Virus record (IMG/VR): IMGVR_UViG_3300047550_003482
Coordinates: 1 to 64,000 of that record
Length of the DNA stretch: 64,000 bases
Source of the DNA: a virus
Strand: one strand, 5' to 3'
The notes under the pieces are model-generated. The model was not told the DNA's origin and did no database searches. It saw only the letters and a list, made by a program, of their open reading frames with translations. Below, piece by piece: positions 36,293 to 47,189 of this stretch. The stretch's first letter is position 1; the number at the start of each line of letters is the position of its first letter. The translations under genes were made by a program, and so were the position numbers.

Positions 36293-36979
36293 ATGAATAT
36301 TTATTACGTTTATGCCTGGCTTAGAAATGATGGCACACCATATTATATAGGCAAAGGCAAAGGGAACAGAGCATATTTAAAAGGTCGGTTGTTCAAACCT
36401 CTTGATTCAAGAAGAATCATTATAGTTGAAGCCAATTTAACAGAAATAGGAGCACTTGCGTTAGAACGTCGAATGATTCGTTGGTACGGACGAGAAGATT
36501 TAGGTACGGGTATTCTTAAAAATAAAACTGATGGAGGTGATGGTGTAACCAACACTCGCCTGACCCCGAAACAAAAACTTGCAAAAGGTCGTAAAAAAGA
36601 TCAGCATTCAAATTTTGGTAAATTTGGTTCAGAAAATAGAGCAGCAAAAGAATACATAGTTATTACGCCAAATAGCCAACTCATCAAAATCAAAGGATTA
36701 CATCAGTTTTGTAAGGAAAATAATTTGTTATTGTCTAACGTTTCTTGGCACATAAATGGTGAAAACAAAAACGGAAAAATATTAAGCAATGTCTGTGGAT
36801 ATAGATTTTTTAAATATTCTGAAGAATTGCTTAAGAAATTCCAAGAACATATACCTCCATTTATTAAACCAAAACGAGGATCAGGAAAAATTAAATTTAT
36901 TTGTAGATTGTCTGATAAAAAAGAATTAAGTAAGGCATCTGCTTCATTATGCATGCCTTACTTAAGGGAATATTTTTAA
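36293..36979 (+). CDS. GIY-YIG homing endonuclease
   Basis: YYVY...PYYIGKG...R, E...I..YGR, L.N.TDGGDG. Confidence 0.88.
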   Translation: MNIYYVYAWLRNDGTPYYIGKGKGNRAYLKGRLFKPLDSRRIIIVEANLTEIGALALERRMIRWYGREDLGTGILKNKTDGGDGVTNTRLTPKQKLAKGRKKDQHSNFGKFGSENRAAKEYIVITPNSQLIKIKGLHQFCKENNLLLSNVSWHINGENKNGKILSNVCGYRFFKYSEELLKKFQEHIPPFIKPKRGSGKIKFICRLSDKKELSKASASLCMPYLREYF

Positions 36980-37057
36980 TTATCACGCTTTCAATTGATT
37001 AGATCGGACAATACCGATCTCACTATTTTTGTAGTATAGCGTAAAGCAGATTTATCG

Positions 37058-37225
37058 TCAAGAGTTGTTATCACGCTCCAGACGATCCAGAATCCTGGTG
37101 ATCTTACGCTTGTGAACCTTGGCCACGGTCCTGCGATGCTTGGGAGCCGGGCCGCAGCAGGTGCAGAACCAGCCGCCAGGGCCAACGCGGCAGTGATGAC
37201 GAGCATTGAACAGATTGGTCTTCAT
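37058..37225 (-). CDS. small Cys-containing basic protein, 55 aa (GPGGWFCTCC)
   Basis: Translated by hand; promoter 37252-37280. Confidence 0.65.
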   Translation of the reverse strand: MKTNLFNARHHCRVGPGGWFCTCCGPAPKHRRTVAKVHKRKITRILDRLERDNNS

Positions 37226-37343
37226 AGTTTGCTCTCTACTTCAGAAGTCTTAGTATAGCAGTGTTCGTATTTTCTGTCAAGAAATAGTATATTTTCAATT
37301 AGTTTCATTTGCCAAGGTATTAGTAATGGTGATAAATATTTAT

Positions 37344-38771
37344 ATGAAATATAGCGAAATCAAACCCGTAGCCGAAGCTAGAAAACGTAGTGATGTAAAT
37401 CTAACTATTCCAGTAAATGCCTGGATAAATAATTATTTTCGTGATGCCGAGCAACGTGGTGATAGTGTAGGTAATAGCGTCGTGTTAAATCTTTTCGTCA
37501 GCCTAACTGCTATACCTAAGTTGGGTATCAATCCGCGATCACATTACAATACACCAATGGGTATATATGCATATCCAGTAGAATATGTACTTGAAAAAGT
37601 TGGTCGTAAATTGCCACTAGATTTTTTACCATTCGCCGGTGACCAACCTTGGGTTAATATATTCCGTGTTAGTGAAAATAGCAACGTGATTGATTTGGAT
37701 GAAGTTACTGAAGACATGTACAATGACTATTGTCAACGTTTTTCTGAAATACTAAGCAAAAGCCACAAATCTCCGATAGAAAGAACTAATAAAATAGTTG
37801 CTGTTCTTAAAGACGAAGCCAATAGAGAGGCAAGAGTAAAAACTCCTGGTGGCAAACTATGGTATGTTTCTATGGAAGTTAGTAAAGAAATAGCAGACCT
37901 TTATGTGGAAAAATCAAGATCATTAAGTTGGAACAAATTATTTAGAGATGTTGGTATAGATGGTTTCATTGATATGGGTAAGGGAATTATACATCCTAGT
38001 GAACCTACACAGGCTGTATTTTTTAGTATGAAACCTATACAGGTATTAGATCGTGTTGAAAACAAATATAGTCCTGATCGTAGAGAAAAAAGCCAACTCA
38101 AAGGTCAGGCCAAAAAAGAAGAATTTGAACGATTGATTAAAGAATTTAGACAAGTATTAGCCACGGGTGATATTAAAGAAATAGAGTATTGGATGTCCGA
38201 CGCAACAATGCGAAGTGATATAAAACCTAGTGTTTGGGTAAATAAAATACCTGTAAATTTAAGAGCAAAATACTTGATAAGAAATCCACATAGCTTGATG
38301 CAATTAACTAAGCCAACAAAATCTGACTATTTTAGTGCTATGGTTGGCAATCCATATAGGATAATATCCTATTTCAGAACACTTTATGATAAGGATGTAT
38401 ATGCATCTAATGGACTTTGGACTAAATTCTTAACACCACAAGAATTAGCACAAGCATTGTATCAATCAAAAAATTATGCTATTGGTAAAATAGGAGATGA
38501 AAGTGTACAAGATTTGTTTCGTTATATAAAGTTTGATGCCAAAAATATTGGTATTGATTTAACTAAACCCGCTAATTCTGTGGTGTTAACGGCATTAATA
38601 AATCTTAATCCTATGGTGTTTACAAATATGCTTGCAGTATATGCAAATGACGGCAAAATGTTAGGCAAAGATATTTACGAGTATGCTTTGTCTGTGGCAG
38701 ATGGAAAAGAAAAAGCTGAAATTACCAAATACTGGAATTATTACAATCAATCTTTAGATTCCCAAGCTTGA
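37344..38771 (+). CDS. tagged large hypothetical protein (MKYSEIKPVAE)
   Basis: ATAAATA at 37332-37338, 5 nt before ATG. Confidence 0.75.
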   Translation: MKYSEIKPVAEARKRSDVNLTIPVNAWINNYFRDAEQRGDSVGNSVVLNLFVSLTAIPKLGINPRSHYNTPMGIYAYPVEYVLEKVGRKLPLDFLPFAGDQPWVNIFRVSENSNVIDLDEVTEDMYNDYCQRFSEILSKSHKSPIERTNKIVAVLKDEANREARVKTPGGKLWYVSMEVSKEIADLYVEKSRSLSWNKLFRDVGIDGFIDMGKGIIHPSEPTQAVFFSMKPIQVLDRVENKYSPDRREKSQLKGQAKKEEFERLIKEFRQVLATGDIKEIEYWMSDATMRSDIKPSVWVNKIPVNLRAKYLIRNPHSLMQLTKPTKSDYFSAMVGNPYRIISYFRTLYDKDVYASNGLWTKFLTPQELAQALYQSKNYAIGKIGDESVQDLFRYIKFDAKNIGIDLTKPANSVVLTALINLNPMVFTNMLAVYANDGKMLGKDIYEYALSVADGKEKAEITKYWNYYNQSLDSQA

Positions 38772-38968
38772 TGAACAACAATCCAATCTTCTAAGCAATC
38801 TTCAAAACTATAGTTTTCATCAACATAGGATCGTTCATATTTTTCACACATATTGCTGTACCAATCGGGCCAATATGTTCGTCTAATATCATCTTCACTG
38901 ACCGTATCTATGCAATTATTATCAGCTGGTCTGCTAGGATCACGTATAACATATGAAAAATATCGCAT
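38747..38968 (-). CDS. hypothetical protein
   Basis: ORF track; ATAAATA upstream. Confidence 0.6.
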   Translation of the reverse strand: MRYFSYVIRDPSRPADNNCIDTVSEDDIRRTYWPDWYSNMCEKYERSYVDENYSFEDCLEDWIVVHQAWESKD

Positions 38969-39143
38969 AACTATATTTATGTTAAAACTTCATTTGGATA
39001 CTCATCACTTGGCCTAAAAACATATTCTGGACGTCACCATTCCAGCCACTATATTAAGAAATGCAGAGTTCATGTGTCTTTGAAGGTCAACTTCGGTAAA
39101 TTGCATTAGATCAATACTTTTAGTCATTTTTAAGTCTTTCTTG

Positions 39144-39485
39144 TTAACAGGTTACTCTTGTAGGGCAATCATTACGAGTACAAACATATCCATATGGTTT
39201 GCCGTCTGCACCTATACCACACACTGGACAACCTTTATTGATGTCAATTGGTTTAAAGGTTCGCGGGTTCCAATATTTTTCTGTTATAGGCAAAGTAGAT
39301 TTAAGCTCATCAACATCTTTAATTAATTGGTTATATCCTGAATTTGCTTCTTGCTTTCCTTGATTATACCCTACTTCATATACCAAGTCAAGCATAGGTT
39401 TAATACGAGCAATCAGTGCCGTACCAACGTCGCTTAACGCCGTTGTGACCTTGTTAATTGTTTCTTCTTTATGTTTTTTATTCAT
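39144..39485 (-). CDS. hypothetical protein with C-terminal Cys cluster
   Basis: CPVCG...C...CP..C. Confidence 0.55.
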   Translation of the reverse strand: MNKKHKEETINKVTTALSDVGTALIARIKPMLDLVYEVGYNQGKQEANSGYNQLIKDVDELKSTLPITEKYWNPRTFKPIDINKGCPVCGIGADGKPYGYVCTRNDCPTRVTC

Positions 39486-40278
39486 GATACTCCCATAATG
39501 CTTTGAAAACGGCTGATACGTCATTTTCATAGAATCCACTGCTATTGATACAGTTAAACTCTATTACTTTGACACGATTGTTTACCAGCGCAGTGTCCAT
39601 GACTACACAATCATATGGTAGCCATTCATCAGCTATCGCTTGTGATTCCATTATAACATCAGGATCAACTTCACGCAACTTTCTCAGTTGACCATGTGCC
39701 CGATATAGCGAACCACTGATAATTTTTCCACCAACAATAAACCAACGCCATTCTGCTTGAATAGTTTTTGGTGTTGCCAGTATAATTTTGGTTTCTGGAT
39801 TTAATCCATATGATCCTTGCTCTCCGCGCTTATAGCTATCAATCATGCTTTTTAGATGCTCTAAAAGTTCAGAAGCATGATCTACGTATCCGCTAAAATG
39901 CTTTAAGTCTGCGTCTGGACGCATGAAATAATATTCATCACTATTGGTCAAAAAAGAACAGGCATCTTCTGCCGTGAATACATTTTCTCCATTAAGCATA
40001 TCACAACGATGTTTCATAGCATTGGTGTAGGTCATTACATCTGGATCAAAATGTAATCCCCGCCACCCTCGTTGAAATGCCAGTGTAGTGAATAGAGTAG
40101 AACCATAGGGAATATAATCAATACCTTCTATTAAAGTGTCTGATGTAATTTCTCTGGTAAATGGAATAACTCCAACAAATTCGTGTGGATAATTTTTTAC
40201 AGCCTGTTTGACTAATGTCAACTGCTGTTCATTCATTAGATTATGTTGAATCAGGAATTTCACTTGTATCTCCATCAT
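39478..40278 (-). CDS. ATP-grasp (DUF4343/R2K-like) protein
   Basis: F.RP..D.K.F.G, EWR.FIV.G, VMD, IEFN.INSSGFY; start uncertain. Confidence 0.7.
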   Translation of the reverse strand: MMEIQVKFLIQHNLMNEQQLTLVKQAVKNYPHEFVGVIPFTREITSDTLIEGIDYIPYGSTLFTTLAFQRGWRGLHFDPDVMTYTNAMKHRCDMLNGENVFTAEDACSFLTNSDEYYFMRPDADLKHFSGYVDHASELLEHLKSMIDSYKRGEQGSYGLNPETKIILATPKTIQAEWRWFIVGGKIISGSLYRAHGQLRKLREVDPDVIMESQAIADEWLPYDCVVMDTALVNNRVKVIEFNCINSSGFYENDVSAVFKALWEYHE

Positions 40279-40531
40279 CCTTTGTACGTTGACCATCTGG
40301 TCCTGTAATATTGTATCTGCCACCACATTTGGCACAATAGAACCAAGACCAACCAAAACCATTATTGTGGAAATTACCGCCACGATGTCCTTCTTGAAAG
40401 CATTCTTGTCTAATTTGCCTCAATGCAGGATAGTAGACAGTTCTATCGTATTCACGCATGAGTTCTTCATTCTTTTTGCGACGGTCACGTTCCAATTCAC
40501 GGTATCGTTCCCAGATCCAATCTTTGCTCAT
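40241..40531 (-). CDS. hypothetical zinc-binding protein
   Basis: C...GH...CxxC. Confidence 0.55.
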   Translation of the reverse strand: MSKDWIWERYRELERDRRKKNEELMREYDRTVYYPALRQIRQECFQEGHRGGNFHNNGFGWSWFYCAKCGGRYNITGPDGQRTKDDGDTSEIPDST

Positions 40532-40644
40532 CCACCACTCCTAACTATGAAATTTGGATCAAATTCTACTTCAACTTGGAATGTATGTTTGGTTTCTTCG
40601 TTTGTTGTCTTCTAGTTGTTTGAATTGTGTGTTGAATTCTGCTG

Positions 40645-41010
40645 TCATGATGTAACCAATGCTACTAATCCAATATATGTAAGAGCATGTAAGAATTGAT
40701 CCACCCCTAACAGCCACCAAAACTGTTCGTGTGTTGTTGGTCCCCATCCTAATCTCTTATTAAGATTCATTTTAGTCCAATCAATATGATAGTGAATAAT
40801 CATATCAGCTAAAAAGAAATAGATTGCTGCCAATGGAGCATACCAAACAAAACAAAGATATGTTCCTAGCCCATGAAGTCCTGCATGAAGAATACCGCCA
40901 GGATGACCGTAGGTGCCTTTGTTACTCCATTGATACCGAACCTGTAAGGGAAAATCTACGATGAAGTGTTTAGTAAACAACAAAGTAATAAGGATTAATG
41001 TATCGTTCAT
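40645..41010 (-). CDS. DUF3307-like membrane protein
   Basis: H...DF.LQ, H..LH, H..ID..K, DQ.LH. Confidence 0.75.
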   Translation of the reverse strand: MNDTLILITLLFTKHFIVDFPLQVRYQWSNKGTYGHPGGILHAGLHGLGTYLCFVWYAPLAAIYFFLADMIIHYHIDWTKMNLNKRLGWGPTTHEQFWWLLGVDQFLHALTYIGLVALVTS

Positions 41011-41011
41011 A

Positions 41012-41242
41012 TCATACTACCTTTCCAAGTACTCCTCGGATAAGACCGTCAAGTTCATGTTGATAGTCTTTTCCGATTCTACGTTTTTGCCAGATTGTTT
41101 CTAGCAGCACACGCATTTCCTCACCATCAACATATTTGGTATTATAATCCATCCCCCTATTTTCAAGTTCTTCAATTAGATCGTCAGTATCAAATTCTGA
41201 CAAATCAACTTCAACTTCTGCGGTAACGTATTTCATTGGCAT
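41012..41242 (-). CDS. hypothetical protein
   Basis: ORF track. Confidence 0.6.
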   Translation of the reverse strand: MPMKYVTAEVEVDLSEFDTDDLIEELENRGMDYNTKYVDGEEMRVLLETIWQKRRIGKDYQHELDGLIRGVLGKVV

Positions 41243-41460
41243 TATTCTACTCCAAAATATTCTTTGATCATTTTACCGGGATATTCTCCACCATCATACG
41301 CATAGTTGCCAATCATAGCACACTTTTGAATAATCAACTCGGCGAACGTTTGCATTTGCTTATAATTCCCGCCAATACCCCATCTACCCACTTTTATATC
41401 CTCACCAAAATCGGTGAGCACTCCAGCCTGTTCAGCAAGTTCTTTAATTCGTTCGTTCAT
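41242..41460 (-). CDS. MNERI-family paralog
   Basis: MNERIKELAEQAG...FAELII...YFGVE. Confidence 0.75.
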   Translation of the reverse strand: MNERIKELAEQAGVLTDFGEDIKVGRWGIGGNYKQMQTFAELIIQKCAMIGNYAYDGGEYPGKMIKEYFGVE

Positions 41461-41635
41461 TTACCTTGTCCTTGTTCAACAATCCGCATGATATGTTCGA
41501 CCCATTCCGGATTACGATCAATAATTTCATCAATTACTGTATCCTGTTCAGCAAGACTGCGCTTATCTAGTGTGGGATTACGCAAACAGTCGATTATTTC
41601 ATCCAAGGTTAGATTTTTATCATTGCCGATCTTAA

Positions 41636-41869
41636 TCATTCTTCAACTCCTAAATGTTCAGCAATATATTTGCTTGCCAAGACACAACCGTTAGCTTCTT
41701 TAATATCACCATGCTCTTCATATCCAACAGCAGCAACATCGCACATACGCATACACTCCCTAATAATTAGCTCGGCGAACTTCTCAAACTTGTGTTCAAT
41801 ACCAAGTCTTTCCATTTCGGGCTTGTGAAACCCAGCCTCGTTAAAAAGTTTTTCAATTCGTTTATTCAT
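41636..41869 (-). CDS. MNERI-family paralog
   Basis: MNKRIEKL...FAELIIREC...HLGVEE. Confidence 0.75.
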   Translation of the reverse strand: MNKRIEKLFNEAGFHKPEMERLGIEHKFEKFAELIIRECMRMCDVAAVGYEEHGDIKEANGCVLASKYIAEHLGVEE

Positions 41870-41870
41870 T

Positions 41871-42113
41871 TTACACCCTTCTATTCCACTTGTCAATACA
41901 TTCTTGACGACTATCACCGCTGATTTCAACACCACAACCACCTGATGTTGTTACACAATGAATACTGTAACACCACTGTTCTTTTGGTACTTCTCGGTAG
42001 TTGTGATAAGAACGATGACCGTTAGCTCTAGGTTCCCAGCCAATACCGTTTGGATATAAGGTATCTGGATCATCTAGATCAACAGCATGACCGCAGAATG
42101 GGCAGGGTTTCAT
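41871..42113 (-). CDS. Lar-family (restriction alleviation-like) zinc-finger protein
   Basis: KPCPFCG...C....GCG...WNRR. Confidence 0.7.
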   Translation of the reverse strand: MKPCPFCGHAVDLDDPDTLYPNGIGWEPRANGHRSYHNYREVPKEQWCYSIHCVTTSGGCGVEISGDSRQECIDKWNRRV

Positions 42114-42114
42114 T

Positions 42115-42339
42115 TCATTTTACTCCGAAATGTTTTTCTATTGCTTGAATAGGGTCAACACAATTATATTCGAAACCGTCGATAAACTTAAGAGACATTC
42201 TATATGTAGAAAGAATATCAGTGACCTCAAGTAGTATTAGTTTAGCATATCGTTCAGTATCAAAATACCAAATTGGTTCACCATCAACAATTTTTTCTTC
42301 CCAACATTGATCTTCTAGTCTACGCAAATGCTTGTTCAT
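42115..42339 (-). CDS. divergent MNERI-family paralog
   Basis: ERYAKLI...KHFGVK. Confidence 0.65.
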   Translation of the reverse strand: MNKHLRRLEDQCWEEKIVDGEPIWYFDTERYAKLILLEVTDILSTYRMSLKFIDGFEYNCVDPIQAIEKHFGVK

Positions 42340-42484
42340 TTTTTATTCCCGTTATTCTGCATCTGTCGCTTATAGTATTCATCCATGGTCTTTTTCCACT
42401 GTTCTGGTGTTGAATCACGTAAGTAGCCCTGTGGCTTACTAGTGCGACCACCACTATTAAAACTATGATATGCTGTTCTAAAAC

Positions 42485-42682
42485 TCATTCCTCAACTCCG
42501 AAATGTTTTCTAATCAAGTCTGATGATTGATATGGTTCCGCTTTGTTAGCAATACCCGCACATTCCTGAACAATTAAATCACCAAACAATCGCCAATCAA
42601 AATCACCAATATATTCACGGTCACTGCCATGATCTTTTTTCAAGCCTGCCTGTTTGGCGATTTCCAACATTCGTTCTTTCAT
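42485..42682 (-). CDS. MNERI-family paralog
   Basis: MKERMLEIAKQAG...LIVQEC...HFGVEE. Confidence 0.75.
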   Translation of the reverse strand: MKERMLEIAKQAGLKKDHGSDREYIGDFDWRLFGDLIVQECAGIANKAEPYQSSDLIRKHFGVEE

Positions 42683-42945
42683 TCTTCAACTCCGAAATGT
42701 TCTTTTACTCGTCTTGCTGCATTTTGAACAGCATTGGCGCTTTCAAATTCATCTTTATCCCAGTACCACTTTGATTCTTTAAGAATAGTAGTTATACATT
42801 CCTGAACAATCAACTCGGCGAACTTTTCTAAGCCATCTAGTGATGGGATTACTGTCATTCCATCATTGGCATTGTCAAGTGCTTTTGTTTTACTGTAGTA
42901 GATCATTCCGGACTGTGCAGCAAGTTCACAAATTCGTTCATTCAT
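42679..42945 (-). CDS. MNERI-family paralog
   Basis: MNERICELAAQSG...FAELIVQEC...HFGVEE. Confidence 0.75.
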   Translation of the reverse strand: MNERICELAAQSGMIYYSKTKALDNANDGMTVIPSLDGLEKFAELIVQECITTILKESKWYWDKDEFESANAVQNAARRVKEHFGVEE

Positions 42946-43710
42946 GTGCAGACCTCACAAGGTTACTGGCAAAATCTTTGGCACGGGCACGGGCAAACTT
43001 AACATATGCTGGGTTTTGGTCATTGATCAAATTCATACCTAGCCAGATTGGAACCCACCGATCAATACGTTCTATCCAACTATCCCAATTAAACTTTGGC
43101 CCACGATATCGTGGATTCATCATACAAGCAAATTCGCTAGCGATATTTGCGTAGATGATGTTACAAATTTGTAGTTGTTTTCGTTCACTTAGTTTCATTT
43201 TAATTCCCTACAGTAAAAATACTATGCCTTCATCATCAACTACTTCGTCAATTGAAGTTTCCTCGTCATCATATGGGCTCTTAAAGAAGACTCTAGCATT
43301 TAGGTCTTGTTTTTGGAGTAACTCAATCAGTTGTGCTACAGTCATTATTATGAATCCTGACAATTACAATCACCAGTACCGAAACAAGGTTCTCCACAAT
43401 GTGGGCAACCTATAGTAGGATGTGGATCTAACTTATTGAGAACTTTATAGTATTCTGCTGTACCAACCGGACCTCCACAGTCCATAGCGATTGCACAATG
43501 TGAATATCCTTTATCCAACAGTTTCTTGATTTGCTCATTCATTTTACAGGTGTCCAATGAATGCCCAAGACTTTTTTAATCATCCAACGTTGAAAGCGAT
43601 TGGGTGGTTTTTCAACGTAGATACAAATATATGTGGCATAAGCATCTGGAATTTCACGAAAACTTATCTTCCAATTTGGTTTAGGAGGCTCATGGAATTT
43701 CCATCCATCA

Positions 43711-44049
43711 TTATGGTTTTTTTGGTTCATCTTCTGCCTTCAACTTCTTCTTCAATTGTCTAATTTCAGCCTTAAGATTACGATTCTCATAGTCTGCCCA
43801 ACCAGCACGTTCCTGCATCTCATGCATTTGCTTGGCAAAGTCACGATCACTGGGTGTAACATCTTCTTCTGGAATAACGAAGAACTTACCTTGATCCCAA
43901 TCGAATCCTGGATAAACGTTTTTTACTTTGACGAATGGTGTGCCGCCAACTGTAGAGTATGGTAGTTTGATCTGAATGACAACTTCGTCATCATCACGAC
44001 TGTCACGGTGGTATAGATCAACTAGCCGTTTAAGTTCACTGAATTTCAT
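43711..44049 (-). CDS. hypothetical protein
   Basis: ORF track. Confidence 0.6.
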   Translation of the reverse strand: MKFSELKRLVDLYHRDSRDDDEVVIQIKLPYSTVGGTPFVKVKNVYPGFDWDQGKFFVIPEEDVTPSDRDFAKQMHEMQERAGWADYENRNLKAEIRQLKKKLKAEDEPKKP

Positions 44050-44390
44050 TTTTTCTCATCCCATTCTATTCCACGGTCCTTAAACCATTTACGACGAACA
44101 GCCTTTTCTTGTTCTGTCTTAGCATGGAAAAACCAACTTTTGTAACCATTAACAAACAAGACCGCATCTGCGATAACAAAGCCTGCAATGACAATACCTA
44201 GTGAAAGTAGTCCCATATTATTCTACCTCAAATAGTTCATAGTCAGCATAAGATACACTGGCCCGTTTATTCAAATCATTAATCTCAGCACGGGCTTTTT
44301 CAACAGAGTCAACAACACAATAAATTCTACGCTGTTCTCCATTTCCCGGATAATATTCATCGTAATAGACAACAAAAACTTCGTTCATTA

Positions 44391-44603
44391 TTACACTCCA
44401 AATTTGCTCTTGATACTGTCGATTATAGCACGACATGCCCAGGAAATGTCTTCATTTTCAAAATTTGTTATGCCCATCAGGGCAACTTCTGACACACAAT
44501 CCTGTACGACCATCTCAGTGTATCTCTCTAGATACTTGTTATCTGCGGCGACATACTGAGTCATACCAGAATCTTCCGCAAGTTTATGAATTCGTTCGTT
44601 CAT
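44391..44603 (-). CDS. MNERI-family paralog
   Basis: MNERIHKLAEDSG...VQDC...KFGV. Confidence 0.75.
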   Translation of the reverse strand: MNERIHKLAEDSGMTQYVAADNKYLERYTEMVVQDCVSEVALMGITNFENEDISWACRAIIDSIKSKFGV

Positions 44604-44803
44604 TTTTTAACTCCAAAGTACATTTTCATTTGTTTTGCGGTTCGCTTACACAAGTCTAGTTCTTGTTTGGAATAAACCGGCATAACATTATTCACGTATG
44701 TAGCACATTCCCGCACAATGGCTTCGGCGAATTTTATTTCTTGCTCTGTTGCTGCTGATCCATATACTTGTTCAGCAATCTGGCGAATTTTTTCGTTCAT
44801 CAT
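44600..44803 (-). CDS. MNERI-family paralog
   Basis: MNEKIRQIAEQ...FAEAIVREC...YFGVKK. Confidence 0.75.
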   Translation of the reverse strand: MMNEKIRQIAEQVYGSAATEQEIKFAEAIVRECATYVNNVMPVYSKQELDLCKRTAKQMKMYFGVKK

Positions 44804-45006
44804 TCAACTCCAAAATGTCGATACAAAACACCCTTAGCCCACATACCGTCCTCAGCACCATCATCTAGCTGTGCGGCAGATTCGCGAATCAGTTCAGCGG
44901 CAAACTTATCAAAAACGTCTTCACTGACAACATACAAACCGTCACTCCGACGGTTCATCTTTGACATACCAGCACTTACAGCAAGTTCTCGGATACGTTC
45001 GTTCAT
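44800..45006 (-). CDS. MNERI-family paralog
   Basis: MNERIRELAVSAG...FAAELIRE...HFGVE. Confidence 0.75.
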   Translation of the reverse strand: MNERIRELAVSAGMSKMNRRSDGLYVVSEDVFDKFAAELIRESAAQLDDGAEDGMWAKGVLYRHFGVE

Positions 45007-45175
45007 ACTGTTAAACTCCCCTTCTGCTTACGACTCTCTTGATGCTCTTCAGGTGAACGGTTTACACACAACCCACCATCATACAACATGGGTTGACCGC
45101 ACCACGCTAGCCATTCTAGAGTAGGTAGTGTAAATTTTCTACCAGTTGTGTTCCATGCCATTTTAAATTCTTCGT

Positions 45176-45484
45176 TCATTTCATCGTCCTCCCAATCTCT
45201 GCTGCCGCCCTGACGATGGCGCGGCGGGTGGCGGCGTAGGGGTCGGCATCCGTTTCAGAAATAAGTGTTGGGTCATACGGAGCCACGGCATAAGAAGCAT
45301 CGTATTCATCGCTACGCCGCACAGTAATGTTCAACTTCACCGACAGCCTGAAAGCATCGCCGTCGTCGGTGAGGGGGTTCCACCGACTGAGTATGTGTTC
45401 AAATGGTTCTGGGCTGGGCCACTCACCCGCCGCCTTCGCAGCAAACTGTAGCAACTCACGATCAGTTTCAGTCATCATGATCAC
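45176..45484 (-). CDS. hypothetical phage protein (WNPL.DDGDA motif), GC-richer than neighbours
   Basis: ORF track. Confidence 0.65.
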   Translation of the reverse strand: MIMMTETDRELLQFAAKAAGEWPSPEPFEHILSRWNPLTDDGDAFRLSVKLNITVRRSDEYDASYAVAPYDPTLISETDADPYAATRRAIVRAAAEIGRTMK

Positions 45485-45738
45485 TTCTTCTTCAAGAAAG
45501 TCTTTTCGTAATTGTCGATCATAGCAGTCTGACGCTCATTCTGAGCCCGCAACCGCTTGAGTTCGATTTCACGAAAGCCCACTTGAGCGCCCAGGAAGTC
45601 GATCTGCTCGAGGCACTCTTCGAAAATCTTCCACATCTTCTCAGTATCGTGAGACACCAACAGCGCCTTCTGGATGATCTTGATACGAAAGCTCATGTCG
45701 TCACTCATGCTGCACTCCTTACTGCTCACTAGAAATAC

Positions 45739-45767
45739 AGTATAGCACTAGACCGATTTATTGTCAA
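45739..45767 (-). promoter_or_regulatory. repeated early promoter module
   Basis: TTGACA-17-TATACT-GTATTTCTAG. Confidence 0.85.
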
Positions 45768-46450
45768 GATTTCTGAAACTCCCTGCGCCAATCGTTCAGA
45801 GAATAACCCCAAACTACTTGGCCATTACGAATCACTTTACCCATTTTTTCATATTCCAACAACCCGCTAACTGCTGACAAATACTTTACTATCTCCTGTG
45901 GTAGAGCTTTCTCCCATTTGTTAGAACGAATCATTTTTGCTAATTCAATGATTCTTTGATCTTTAAGACAGGCTTCAAGTGGCATTTCATAAATGATAAA
46001 CAGTGCGATAGCATGACTGATTTTGTCTACTAGTGAAACTTTTGAATCATCATCAAACTGTGTATTCACCCTAATAAAAGTTTCTAGTGGCCACTCGTTT
46101 TGGTCAATACGCCAGTTGCGAAGACCATAGATTACATCATCAGTTATCATCTGTTTCTGTAGTTGTTCAGCATAACTGATAAGTTGATGATCATAAGAAT
46201 CATCATCTACGTCTTCAATATCCACAAGTTTACGAATTAGTTGATAAACAACAGCATCATTTTTGATTACTAGGGCAGGATGTTCACCACTGCCTCCACC
46301 GATACTAAGATAGTATTGATTGATTACTTCAGTAGTATCGTCATCAATATCGATAAGATAAGACAGTGGCTTTTCCTCTAGAACCCAATAGATGGGTAAT
46401 CCAAAAAATTTGGCCACATGGGCGTGTTCTAATGAATCAATTGATGACAT
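45764..46450 (-). CDS. hypothetical protein
   Basis: 228-aa ORF. Confidence 0.7.
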   Translation of the reverse strand: MSSIDSLEHAHVAKFFGLPIYWVLEEKPLSYLIDIDDDTTEVINQYYLSIGGGSGEHPALVIKNDAVVYQLIRKLVDIEDVDDDSYDHQLISYAEQLQKQMITDDVIYGLRNWRIDQNEWPLETFIRVNTQFDDDSKVSLVDKISHAIALFIIYEMPLEACLKDQRIIELAKMIRSNKWEKALPQEIVKYLSAVSGLLEYEKMGKVIRNGQVVWGYSLNDWRREFQKS

Positions 46451-46659
46451 GATTTATCCAAGACTTCTACCTTGTTCTTCCCAATATGGATCGTCAAGTC
46501 TACTTTCTATATACTTTTCATGGACGCGATAAAATTCTAACCAAACCATTTGATCTTCAAAAATTAGAGTTGGCACCCAAGCAAACACCCGCCTAGTTCT
46601 ATAGTCACCGTGTTCGGGTGATTTTTTTTGAATTTTAGGCTCTACTCTCCAACGCATTT

Positions 46660-47187
46660 TCAAAACTCCTTAACATCATGCTTTTTGATTTGATCTTCCT
46701 TATTGATTTGATTCCAAAGAATTTCTTCTATCAATTTGTTCAGAGTAATGTCACGTTCATGAGCCAACATCATCAACTTAAACATTTCACTATCCTCTAG
46801 ATCAATTGGAACTGATATACGGGTATCGTATGACTTGCCCGATTTGATAGCAAGAGCCTTTTGAATCCAATCGTCATCAACGTCAAGGTCAATGTACTTT
46901 ACATCGTCCCACGCCTGATCTCTTCCATCTGAAGAATATTGTTCAAACGATTTTACCCAATCAGGGTTGATTAGACGATAGGCACGTTGATGCTTGTAAT
47001 CGCAAGCTTCAACCATAAACACTACCTGTGTAACGGTATCAAATGTAATACTGAAACTCCAACCATTGTGATCACCGTTCCATGCGCTAAGTATATACGC
47101 ATTATCGGTAAAACAAACCCAAGTAAATTTATCACCTTCAGTGATACGGTAATCAACAATTTCCATCCATTCTTTTAGTGTAATCAT
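46660..47187 (-). CDS. hypothetical protein
   Basis: 175-aa ORF. Confidence 0.7.
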   Translation of the reverse strand: MITLKEWMEIVDYRITEGDKFTWVCFTDNAYILSAWNGDHNGWSFSITFDTVTQVVFMVEACDYKHQRAYRLINPDWVKSFEQYSSDGRDQAWDDVKYIDLDVDDDWIQKALAIKSGKSYDTRISVPIDLEDSEMFKLMMLAHERDITLNKLIEEILWNQINKEDQIKKHDVKEF

Positions 47188-47189
47188 TT

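Noticed and set aside
36293-36979. Group I intron surrounding the GIY-YIG gene
   Set aside because: The flanking genes appear uninterrupted and no intron core was recognised; it is treated as free-standing.
36991-37206. 71-aa ORF from the track
   Set aside because: A different frame (37058-37225) has an ATG properly placed after the promoter and a plausible Cys motif.
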